From: Leucoraja ocellata
Taxonomy: Eukaryota
DNA length: 64,000 bases
Reading direction: 5' to 3'
Assembly (NCBI GenBank): GCA_036785375.1
Contig: JAWMAR010000508.1
Location: 930,001 to 994,000 of the forward strand
This document shows, piece by piece, positions 49,241 to 60,284 of the stretch. Position numbers and translations under genes: made by a program. The notes under the pieces were generated by a model, which made no database searches, was not told where the DNA came from, and saw only the letters and a program-made list of their open reading frames with translations. Position 1 is the first letter of the stretch. Every line of letters starts with the position of its first letter.

Positions 49241-49702
49241 ACATAGAAACATAGAAATTAGGCGCAGGAGTAGGCCATTTGGCCCTTCGAGCCTGCACCG
49301 CCATTCAATATGATCATGGCTGATCATCCAAGTCAGTATCCCGTACCTGCCTTCTCTCCATACCCTCTGATCCCCTTAGCCACAAGGGCCACATCTAACT
49401 CCCTCTTAAATATAGCCAATGAACTGTGGCCTCGACTACCCTCTGCGGCAGAGAGTTCCCACAGATTCACCACTCTCTGTGTGAACAAAGTTCTTCTCGT
49501 CTCGGTTTTAAAGGATTTCCCCCTTTAAGAGGGAGTTAGATGTGACCCTTGTGGCTAAGGGGATCAGGGGGTATGGAGAGAAGGCAGGTACGGGATACTG
49601 AGTTGGATGATCAACCATGACCATATTGAATGGCGAATGGTGCAGGCTCAAAGGGCCGAATGGCCTACTACTGCACCTAATTTCTATGTTTCTATGTTTC
49701 TA
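49241..49702. mobile_element. Two CR1-A 3' ends joined head-to-head
   Basis: Minus copy 49241-49524 abuts plus copy 49525-49702; tails point outward. Confidence 0.85.
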
Positions 49703-50192
49703 TATAACCATATAACAATTACAGCACGGAAAAAGGCCATCTCGACCCTTCTAGTCCGTGCTGAACACATATTCTCCCCTAGTCCCATATACCTGCGCTC
49801 AGACCATAACCTTCCATTCCCTTCCCGTCCATATAACTATCCAATTTATTTTAAATGATAAAAACGAACCCGCCTCCACCACCTTCACTGGAAGCTCATT
49901 CCACACAGCCACCACTCTCTGAGTAAAGAAGTTCCCCCTCATGTTACCCCTAAACTTCAGTCCCTTAATTCTCAAGTCATGTCCCCTTGTTTGAATCTAC
50001 CCTACTCTCAGTGGGAAAAGCTTTTCCACATCAACTCTGTCTATCCCTCTCATCATTTTAAAAACCTCTATCAAGTCCCCCCTTAACCTTCTGCGCTCCA
50101 AAGAATTAAGCCCTAACTTGTTCAACCTTTCTCTGTAACTTAGTTGCTGAAACCCAGGCAACATTCTAGTAAATCTCCTCTGTACTCTCTCT
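49702..50192 (-). mobile_element. CR1 family B' 3' fragment
   Basis: CR1 part of ORF 49997-50299; tail. Confidence 0.9.
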
Positions 50193-50245
50193 AACAGCTG
50201 GGAAGAAACTGTTGAGTGAATGAGTGAATTATACAGGACACTTAC

Positions 50246-50611
50246 CAATAACACGGAGCTGTGTTGGAGGGTGGTAGTTGTAACGATTTCCATATCCAAA
50301 ATGAACTCCGAAAAAATAAGGACCTGTATCTTGCTGCGTGACGTTGTCTATATCCAGGGAACAGTCGTTGTCGCTCATGACTCCTGACAGCCGGGTCCGA
50401 TGCTGAAACTGTGTTGATATTTCACTGGGATACCTGGAGTGGAAGGCTACAGACCGATAGTTCTGTATCTCACTGTTTAACCAGATTCCAGTCCGTGGTT
50501 TTTTATTTAGATACCACTGGTACCTGTAGTGACACGGAATCCGTGCACACAAACCATTCTGCGCTGTCACACGTGGTGGATTGTCCGCAATCCACTGTCC
50601 CGGCACCACGG
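50246..50611 (-). CDS. Exon encoding a Siglec/MAG/CD22-like V-set Ig domain
   Basis: 366 nt, phase 1-1, acceptor ttccttctctcctcAG, donor G|GTAAGT; W..P..V....GLC..IPC, GIW, F..R..L.G, DCSL.I..V...D.GPYFF; Cys in B and E strands, none in F strand (Siglec pattern). Confidence 0.88.
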
Positions 50612-50747
50612 CTGAGGAGAGAAGGAACAATATTTAGCAGTGAACACCCTGTCAGTTCACTGGACTCACGCTCCACACATTTTATCCTGCGCTGTGGGCC
50701 TAGTATGTACGGAGCGGGGAAGAGCAGCATGGTGGTGTAGTGGTAGA

Positions 50748-51510
50748 GCCTCACTCCTCACCCCCCCCCCCTCACACAGTCCGTCACTCCCACCTCACCC
50801 CCCCCCACAGTGCGTCACTCCCTCCCACAGTGTCTCACTCCCTCCTCACCACCCCTCCCACAGTGTGTCACTCCCTCATCACTGCTCCTCCCACAGTGTG
50901 TGTCACTCCCTACAACAGTGTGTCACTCTTCACTGCCCCCCCCACAATGAGTCACTCCACCCTCACCCCCCTCCCAAAGTGCCTCACTCCCACCTCCCCC
51001 CCCACAGTGTGTGTAACTCCCTCTTCACCCCTCTCCCACAGTGCGTCACTCCCTCCCACAGTGTCTCACTCCCTCCTCACCACCCCTCCCACAGTGCGTC
51101 ACTCACACCTCACCGCCCCTACCACAGTGCGTTACTCCCTTCCACGGTGTCTCACTCCCACCTCACCCCTCCCTCCCACAGTGTGTGTCACTCCCTCCCA
51201 CAGTGTGTGTCACTCCCTCCTCACACCCCTCCCAAAGTGCCTCACTCCCACCTCCCCCCCCCCCGCAGTGTGTGTAACTCCCTCTTCACCCCTCTCCCAC
51301 TGTGCGTCACTCCCTCCCACAGTGCGTCATTCCTCTCACAGTGCATCACTCCCTCCTCACCCCCCCCCCTCCCACAGTGCTTCACTCCCACCTCACCGCC
51401 CCTCCCACAGTGCGTTACTCCCTCCCACGGTGTCTCACTCCCACCTCACCCCTCCCTCCCACAGTGTGTGCCACTCCCTCCTCACCGCACCTCCCACAGT
51501 GCGTCACTCC
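50748..51510. repeat. C-rich minisatellite (core ctcccacagtgYgtcactcc)
   Basis: More than 20 units of ~20-35 bp with higher-order duplications. Confidence 0.92.
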
Positions 51511-51559
51511 CATGGACCAGTAGAGTGTCCCTTGTGGCCAGGGTCCGGAGGGAAAGGAG

Positions 51560-51742
51560 CACCGCCACTCCACCTCGGGCCCATAGGGGGAGGAGTGACT
51601 CTGCTGTCAACGACCGAAGGACTGGTGATGGGATCTATGGAGTTGGCAGGGCCGAATATGGCCTGGCTGGGTTGCTCCTGGGCCTGGACAAGCTGGCCAT
51701 CCGCGAGCCACGGTGCCAGGCGGAAGACGGCTTTGCCTGAAC
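51560..51742 (+). mobile_element. Probable Tx1-like LINE C-terminal fragment
   Basis: Translates GLLLGLDKLAIRE...QAEDG, resembling the Tx1 ORF2 end (from memory of the family). Confidence 0.45.
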
Positions 51743-51744
51743 AG

Positions 51745-52290
51745 TTTTGCGTACAGTTTTGGTCTCCAAATCTGAGGAAGGACATTATTGCCATAGAGGG
51801 AGTACAGAGAAGGTTCACCAGACTGCTTCCTGGGATGTCAGGACTGTCTTATGAAGAAAGACTGGATAGACTTGGTTTATACTCGCTAGAATTTAGAAGA
51901 TTGAGGGGGGATCTATTAGGAACTTACAAAATTCTTAAGGGGTTGGACAGGCTAGATGCAGGAAGATTGTTCCCGATGTTGGGGAAGTCCAGAACAAGAG
52001 GGTCACAGTTTAAGGATAAAGGATAAATCTTTAAGGACTGAGATGAGAAAAACATTTTTTACACAGAGAGTGGTGAATCTCTGGAATTCTCTGCCACAGA
52101 AGGTAGTTGAGGCCAGTTCATTGGCTATATTTAAGAGGGAGTTAGATGTGGCCCTTGTGGCTAAGGGGATCAGGGGGTATGGAGAGAAGGCAGGTACTGT
52201 TGGATGATCAGCCATGATCATATTGAATGGCGGTGCAGACTCGAAGGGCCGAATGGCCTACTCCTGCACCTATTTACTATGTTTCAATGT
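51745..52290 (+). mobile_element. CR1 family A 3' fragment
   Basis: CR1 translation at end of ORF 50740-52026 and in ORF 51956-52207. Confidence 0.9.
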
Positions 52291-52319
52291 GTGATCTGTA
52301 GTCCCATATGAAGCTTGTA

Positions 52320-53712
52320 ATAATGGAGTCTAACTTTTTAAAGACATGTTTTGTTAAGTATGTTGGTATTGATTGAAATAGGCATTTATTCTGCCTATTA
52401 AGGACATCGGCAGTGTTTTCCAGAATTTGAACAACGCGTTCAATTTAGTTAACAAAGGCATGACGTTTGCATCAAAAAGTGATTTATATTTTCTAGTAAT
52501 TTGGATACCCAAATACTCTAATTTTTCTGTTGCAATTTTAAAGGGAAAATGTTAACAGGTGTGTCGACTCTTGCGGTTTTAGCATCATAATTTCACTTTT
52601 GTTCCAATTTATTCTACGTGAAGCCAACAGTTGTGAACCTGGGTTTTAGGATGGGCAGTGACTTTAAATTAGGTCGCCAAATATGCGCGGTGGTTAAGTC
52701 CAGCTTCTTTCACCTAAGGAAGCTGGCGAAGGTGAAGCCCATTCTCGAGCGGCAGCATTTTGAGACAGTAATCCTTGCCTTTATTACATCTAGGCTGGAT
52801 TACTGTAACGCGCTCTATTTTGGAGTTGCTCGTTCTTCACTGGCTCGTCTCCAGTTGGTTCAGAATGCTGCTGCTCGCCTTTTAACTGGGACTCGAAATA
52901 GGGAGCACATATCGCCATTTCTGGCCTCCCTACACTGGCTCCCGGCGCACTTTCGAGTTCATTTTAAGATACTGTTATTTGTTTTTAAATCTCTGAATGG
53001 GCTCGCCCCGCCTTACCTCTCTGAGCTGCTCCACCCATACGCTCCTGCCCGGTCCCTCAGGTCAGCTGGTCAGCTGCTCCTGGAGGTACCGAGGTCTAGT
53101 CGGAGGCTCAGAGGGGATAGAGCCTTCTCTGTTGCTGCTCCAGCGCTCTGGAACACCCTGCCGTTGCACATCAGACAGGCCCCCTCACTGTCCATCTTCA
53201 AATCCAGTGTTAAAACACATTTGTACTCCCTGGCTTTTGACCATGCCTGAGACTTTGCTTCTGTTTGTGGTGTTTTTGATGTTTCTTTATTTTTACATGT
53301 CTTTTCCTACTATTTCTTTTGATTGTTATTTTTGGTGTGTATTAACTTTTTTGTCAATGATTAGTGATGTACAGCACTTTGTTGCAGCTATGTTTGTTTT
53401 TAATGTGCTCTGTAAATAAAATTATTATTATTATTATTCTATATCCTGAAAAGGAGCTAAATTCCTCTATTAAATTTAGTATATTTGGTATACTAATTTG
53501 CGAATTTGTAATGTATAATAATACGTCCTCTGCGTATAGTGAAATATTATTATTTGAATCTTTGATATTATATCCCCGAATATTCGGATGGCTTCTTATA
53601 CTTTCTGTTAAAGGCTCTATCACAAGGGCAAATAACAGGGGTGATAATGCACACTCCTGTCTATTGCCCCACGATAATTAAATGTTGAAGATAACAAGTT
53701 ATTAGTCAGTAT
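52320..53712 (-). mobile_element. L1-clade RT fragment split by L2
   Basis: ORF 53354-53623 (SLYAEDVLLY, FSSFSGYRI) continues at 52616 leftwards. Confidence 0.8.
52617..53437 (+). mobile_element. L2 LINE 3' fragment
   Basis: 210-aa ORF 52618-53250 (SRLDYCNAL, LQLVQNAAARLL, LHWLP, RAFSVAAPALWN); (ATT)n tail; TTATTCTA flanking repeat. Confidence 0.92.
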
Positions 53713-54498
53713 TGTCTAAATGGTGGCCGATATTATCTAAATGGTGGCCGATTGGGAAAGGGGGAGATGCAGCGAGACCTGGGTGTCATGGTACACCATC
53801 ATTGAAGGTAGGCAGGCAGGTGCAGCAGGCAGTAAAGAAAGCGAATGGTATGTTAGCTTTCATTGCAAAAGGATTTGAGTATAGGAGCAGGGAGGTTCTA
53901 CTGCAGTTGTACAGGGTCTTGGTGAGACCACACCTGGAGTATTGCGTACAGTTTTGGTCTCCAAATCTGAGGAAGGACATTATTGCCATAGAGGGAGTGC
54001 AGAGAAGGTTCACCAGACTAATTCCTGGGAAGTCAGGACTGTCTTATGAAGAAAGATTGGATAGACTTGGTTTATACTCTCTAGAATTTAGGAGATTGAG
54101 AGGGGATCTTATAGAAACTTACAAAATTCTTAAGGGGTTGGACAGGCTAGATGCAGGAAGATTGTTCCCGATGTTGGGGAAGTCCAGGACAAGGCGTCAC
54201 AGCTTAAGGATAAGGGGGAAATCCTTTAAAACCGCGATGAGAAGAACTTTTTTCACACAGAGAGTGGTGAATCTCTGGAACTCTCTGCCACAGGGGGTAG
54301 TTGAGGCCAGTTCATTGGCTATATTTAAGAGGGAGTTAGATGTGGCCCTTGTGGCTAAGGGGATCAGGGGGTATGGAGAGAAGGCAGGTACGGGATACTG
54401 AGTTGGATGATCAGCCATGATCATATTGAATGGCGGTGCAGGCTCGAAGGGCCGAATAGCCTACTCCTGCACCTAATTTCTATGTTTCTATGTTTCTA
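53713..54498 (+). mobile_element. CR1 family A 3' fragment
   Basis: 229-aa ORF 53712-54401; tail. Confidence 0.92.
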
Positions 54499-54749
54499 TT
54501 CTAGCAGTGTGATCATAATTAAATAAATTATTTTTGATTAAAAAAAGAGTCCGTTGCTCCATCATTTGCTGCACTATATTCCATCTGCCACTTCTCTTCC
54601 CACTCTCCCAACCTGCTCAAGTCCTTCTGCAGAGTCCCTGCTTTCTCCACACAACCTGCCCCTCCACCTATTTCTGTATCATCCACAAACCTGACCACAA
54701 AGCCTTCAATCCCCTCGTCCCAATCATTAATATATAACGTGAAGAGTGG

Positions 54750-55270
54750 TGGTGTGCAGGAAGGAACTGCCGGTGCTGGTTTGAACTGAAGATTGACACA
54801 AAAATAGGGAGAAACTCAGCAGGACAGGCAGCATCTCTGGAGAGAAGGAATGTGTGATGTTTCGATTCAAGTCCCATCTTCAGACTGAAAGTCACGGGAG
54901 AGGGAAACGAGAGATATAGACAATGATGTAGAGAGACACAGAACAATGAATGAAAGATATGCAAAAAAGTAATGATGACAAAAAAACAGGCCATTGTTAG
55001 CTGTTTGTTGGGTGAGAACAAGAAGCTGGTGCGACTTGTGTGGGTGAGGGATGGAGAGAGTGGGAATGCAGGATTTACTTGAAGTGGGAGAAATCAATAT
55101 TGCCCAAGCAAAATATGGGATGATGTTCCTCCAATTTGCATTTAGCCCCACTCTGACAGTAGAGGAGACCTAGGACAGAAAGGTCAGTGTGAGAATGGGA
55201 AGGGCGATTAAAATGTTTGGCAACCGGGAGATCAGGTAGGTCCAGGCGGACTGAGCGAAGGTGTTCAGTG
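54750..55270. mobile_element. Penelope-like element 3' region
   Basis: Homologous to 46400-46685; hammerhead-like core at ~54855-54885 (minus). Confidence 0.5.
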
Positions 55271-57629
55271 AAACGATCGTAGCAGCCCCAGAACCGACCC
55301 CTGCGGAACTCCGCTAGTCACTGGCAGCCAACCAGTAAATGCCTCCTTGCCCGTAAACACTTCCGAGTTGCTGCTGGTGGTACATTGGAGAAGGGAGAGG
55401 AGGAAGAACGATCGCCCGATCATTGTCCGATACCAGATATCCCGTTAGTTACCCGATCTGGAAGAGAAAGTAATTGCAGTCAAACTCCAGCGACCAATAT
55501 ACATACAACGAAACGGATGTAATGCTGAGGTTCTACAACGCAGTGGTCAGGCCACATTTGGAATATTGTGAGCAATTTTGAGCCCCATATCAGATGAAGC
55601 ATGTGCAGGCTCTGGATGGGATCAGAGGAGGTTTACAGCAATGAGTGTGTTTACATACGATGAGCGTTTGACGGCACTGGGCCTTTACTCGCTGGAGTTT
55701 AGAAGAATGAGGGGGGGACCTCAATGAAACTTACCGAACAGTGAAAGGTTTGGAGAGTGTGGATGCGGAGAGGATATTTCCACTAGTGGGAGAGTTCACA
55801 GTCTCAGAATTAAAGGACGTTCTTTTAGGAAGGAAATTATGTGGAATTTCTTTAGTCAGAGGGTGGTGAATCTGTGGAATTCTTTGACGCAGACGGCGGT
55901 GGAGGCCAATTCAAACTTTCAAGGTCAGTTTATGGTCTCATGTGCCATTTACGGTACTGTGAAGTTCGAATAACCAAAAAAAAGCAACAAGGGACACAAC
56001 TGCATAAAAGTCACCATAAACATCCACCACAGCGGACTCCCCACGATCCTCTCCGTGACCGAAGGCAATAAAGTCCAAACTTCTTCTTCCTCTTTTATTC
56101 TCCCATGGTTGGGGCAATCGAACTATCCGCAGTCGGGAGGATTGAAGCTCCCGCAGCCAGCGGTGGAAGACCCCGCGTTGGGGTGATCGAAGACTCTGCG
56201 TCGGGGCAGTGGAAGACCCCGTGTCGGGGCGGTGGAAGACCCCGTGTCGGGGCGGTGGAAGACCCCGCGTTGGGGCGATCGAAGACGCCGCGTCGGGGCG
56301 ATCGAAGACCCCGCGTCGGGGCGATCGAAGACCCCGCATCGGGGCGATCGAAGCTCCTGCGGTTTGGAGTTTCCCGAAGTCGGTCTCTAACCAGCGACCA
56401 CAAGCTCCACAACGTTAAAGTCCACAGGCACCCATGGGTGGAGCCCCAAACTTGACCCCGACAGGGATCGTAAGCTCCGTGATGGTAAGTCCTGCAGACA
56501 CCCGGGGTACAGCTCTCCAAGTCGGTCTCATGCAAATGCCACCAACTCCTCGATGTTAGACCGCAGTGCGGACGGAAATACGATACGGAAGAAAATCGCA
56601 TCTCCGTTGAGGTAAGTGATTATAAAAAGTTTCCCACAACTCCCGCCCACTCCCTACATAAAACAAGCTAAAGAACACTAAAAACATGCATTTAACACAC
56701 ACAAACAGACAACAAAACAGGAAGGGACAGACAGACTGTTGGCGAGGCAGCCATTGCTAAGTGGTGGTTAAGGCAGTGGATATTTTTAAGGCTGAGATAG
56801 AAAGATTATGAATTAGTGCGGATGTCAGGGGTTATGGGGAGAAGGCAAGAGAATGGGGTTAAGAGGGAGTGATAAATCAGCCATGATTGAATGGGGGAGT
56901 AGACTTGATGGGCCAAATGGCCTAATTCTACTATCACTTATGACCTCCTGAGCAATCTAGTTGCCTTCTTTTGGTTTTTAAAAGCTTCCCAATCGTTAGA
57001 ACTCCTGCTAATCTTTGCCAAGTTACATGATGGCGCATGGTGGTGCAGCGGTAGAGACCCGACTTTGATCCTGACTACAGGTGCTGTCTGTACGGAGTTT
57101 GCACGTTCTCTCTGTGATCTGCGTGGATTTTCTCCGGGGTATCTGGTTTCCTTCCACGCTCCAAAGATGTATGGGTTTGTAGGTTAATTAGACTTCGGTA
57201 AAATAAAAAATATTTGTCCGAAGTGAGTGTGTAGGATAGCGTTGGTCACTGGTCAGCATGGGCCGAAGGGCCTGTTTCTGCACAGTATCACTAAACTAAA
57301 CACAGAACTTGTTTGTGAACGGGTGATCGATTGTCGGTGTGGACTCGATGGGCTGAAGGGCCTGTTTCCGCGCTGTGTCTCTAAACTAGAAAACTAAACT
57401 CAACTGACATGAACGGCTACTGTTCTGCCATGTGGCTACCTCCCACAAGGTGCCTGGTTCATGAATTAGGGAAGGTATCTGAGGAACAGCTTAGGGTTGG
57501 TTCTAAGCTGATCATTGCTAAAGTTGAAGTAAGAGGCTATTTATACAGAGGTTGATGAGGGGTTGTGTGGATATGTGGAACAAGATGCCGGAGGAAGTAG
57601 TTGAGGCAAGTACAATAACAACAAAATAA

Positions 57630-58500
57630 CTGTGGACTTCAGGAAGAAACAGACAACACACGCCCCACTCACCATCAATGGCAGTGCAGTGGAGTCTGTG
57701 AAAAGCACCAGGTTCCTGGGAGTACACATCACAGATGATCAGAGATGGTCCACCAACACCATCTCCCTTTTCTAGAAGGCACAGCAACGCCTCCACTTCC
57801 TTCGACGGATGAGGAGAGCTGACCTCCCCCCTTCTGCCCTCACGACTTTTTACAGGGGTGCCATTGAGAGCATTCTTACCAGCAGTCTCTCAGTCTGGTA
57901 TAGCAGTTGCTCTGCTGCTGACCAGAAGGCCCTACAGAGAGTGGTGAGGACAGCGGAGAAGTTCACCAGATCACCCCAACCAGCAATCCAGGACGTATAC
58001 CCATCTCGCTGTCGCAAGAGAGCAAGCAATATCATCAAAGACACCACCCACCCAGCACACAAACTGTTCACCCTCCTACCTTCCGGTAAGCGCTACCGCA
58101 GCATGCAGAGCAAAAGCACCAGATTCAAAAACAGCTTTTTACCTCAGGCCATCAGACTACTCAACACACTTAAGAAAATTCCATGAACAGTACCCAAACA
58201 AAGACAACAGACTGTGAAAATAACTTTGGCTCAATGTCTCCAGTAAGGAATTTGCACTTTTTCTATATTGCACCTTTCATTGTTGCACCCTGTTTAAAAT
58301 ACCTCAAAGGTTTTGCGACATTTTGGCATACTGTGAATATTTTAATATTTTAAATAATGTATGTCTATTGTCTATTTTTATTGGTATGTTGTCTGTCTAT
58401 GTTTTTAATATTACTTGCACATTTGGAGTATGGGGAAACGTAACTTCGATCCTCTGTGTAACTACTGTTGCATAATTGAATTGACAATAAAGTTTACTTT
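57630..58500 (+). mobile_element. Rex-Babar LINE 3' fragment
   Basis: ORF 57809-58186. Confidence 0.88.
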
Positions 58501-58711
58501 ACTAACATATCATTTAGTTCAGTTCAGTTTAGAGATACAGAGCGAATACAGGCCTTCGGCCCATCGAGTCCGCGCTGACTATCGATCAGCCGTTCACACA
58601 CTAGTTCTCACTTTAGTCAGTGGGTAGTGAATCTGTGGAATTCTTTGCCATAGCAGGCTGTGGAGAGCAAGTCAGTGGATATTTTTAAGGCTGAGATAGA
58701 TAGATTGTTGA

Positions 58712-59410
58712 TTAGAAACATAGAAACATAGAAATTAGGTGCAGGAGTAGGCCATTCGGCCCTTCGAGCCTGCACCATTCGCCATTCAATATGATCATGG
58801 CTGATCATCCAACTCAGTATCCCGTACCTGCCTTCTCTCCGTACCCCCTGATCCCTTTAGCCACAAGGGCCACATCTAACTCCCTCTTAAATATAGCCAA
58901 TGAACTGTTGCCTCGGCTACCCTCTGTGGCAGAGAGTTCCAGAGATTCACCACTCTCTGTGTGAAAAAAGTTCTTCTCATCTCGGTTTTAAAGGATTTCC
59001 CCCTTATCCTTAAGCTGTGACCCCTTGTCCTGGACTTCCCCAACATCGGGAACAATCTTCCTGCATCTAGCCTGACCAACCCCTTAAGAATTGTGTAAGT
59101 TTCTATAAGATCCCCTCTCAGTCTCCTAAATTCTAGAGAGTATAAACCAAGTCTATCCAGTCTTTCTTCATAAGACAGTCCTGACATCCCAGGAATCAGT
59201 CTGGTGAACCTTCTCTGCACTCCCTCGATGGCAATAATGTCCTTCCTCAGATTTGGAGACCTAAACTGTACGCAATACTCCAGGTGTCGTCTCACCAAGA
59301 CCCTGTACAACTGCAGTAGAACCTCTCTGCTCCTATACTCAAATCCTTTTGCTATGAAAGCTAACATACCATCTGCTTTCTTCACTGCCTGCTGCACCTT
59401 CATGCCTACT
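58712..59410 (-). mobile_element. CR1 family A 3' fragment (paralog 35677-36373)
   Basis: ORF 58876-59403. Confidence 0.9.
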
Positions 59411-59846
59411 TTCCTAAATTCTAGAGAGTATAAACCAGAATTTAGGAGATTGAGAGGGGATCTTCAGATTCAGATTCAATTTCAATTGTCATTGTCAGTG
59501 TACAGTACAGAGACAACGAAATGATCTTATAGATTAGAATAGATTATAGATAAGCTTTTCCAACTGAGAGTATGGACGATTCAAACAAGGGGACATGACT
59601 TGAGAATTAAGGGACTGAAGTTTAGGGGAAACATGAGGGGGAACTTCTTTACTCAGAGAGTGGTAGCTGTGTGGAATGAGCTTCCAGTGAAGGTGGTGGA
59701 GGCAGGTTCGTTTTTATCATTTAAAAATAAATTGGTTAGTTATATGGATGGGAAGGGAATGGAGGGTTATGGTCTGAGCGCAGGTATATGGGACTAGGGG
59801 AGATTATGTGCTCGGCACGGACTAGAAGGGTCGAGATGGCCTGTTT

Positions 59847-60284
59847 CTTGGTTTATACTCTCTAGAATTTAGGAGATTGAGAGGGGATCTTACAGAAACT
59901 TACAAAATTCTTAAGGGGTTGGACAGGCTAGATGCAGGAAGATTGTTCCCGATGTTGGGGAAGTCCAGGACAAGGGGTCACAGCTTAAGGATAAGGGGGA
60001 AATCCTTTAAAACTGATATGAGGAGAACATTTTTCACACAGAGAGTGGTGAATCTCTGGAACTCTCTGCCACAGAGGGTAGTTGAGGCCAGTTCATTGGC
60101 TATATTTAAGAGGGAGTTAGATGTGGCCCTTGTGGCTAAGGGGATCAGAGGGTATGGAGAGAAGGCAGGTACGGGATACTGAGTTGGATGATCAGCCATG
60201 ATCATATTGAATGGCGGTGCAGGCTCGAAGGGCCGAATGGCCTACTCCTGCACCTAATTTCTATGTTTCTATGTTTCTATGTTT
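59847..60284 (+). mobile_element. CR1 family A insertion private to copy 2
   Basis: Splits CR1-B' tail (cctgtttc|...|cgtgctgtaattg); absent near 35030. Confidence 0.85.

Noticed and set aside
50229-51510. Rearranging Ig/TCR/IgNAR V segment
   Set aside because: No YYC motif, the exon includes its G strand and ends in a splice donor, no 3' RSS and no nonamers
50640-52026. 366-aa and 428-aa Pro/Thr/His-rich ORFs resembling mucin
   Set aside because: Stop-free minisatellite open in several frames and running into Tx1/CR1 sequence
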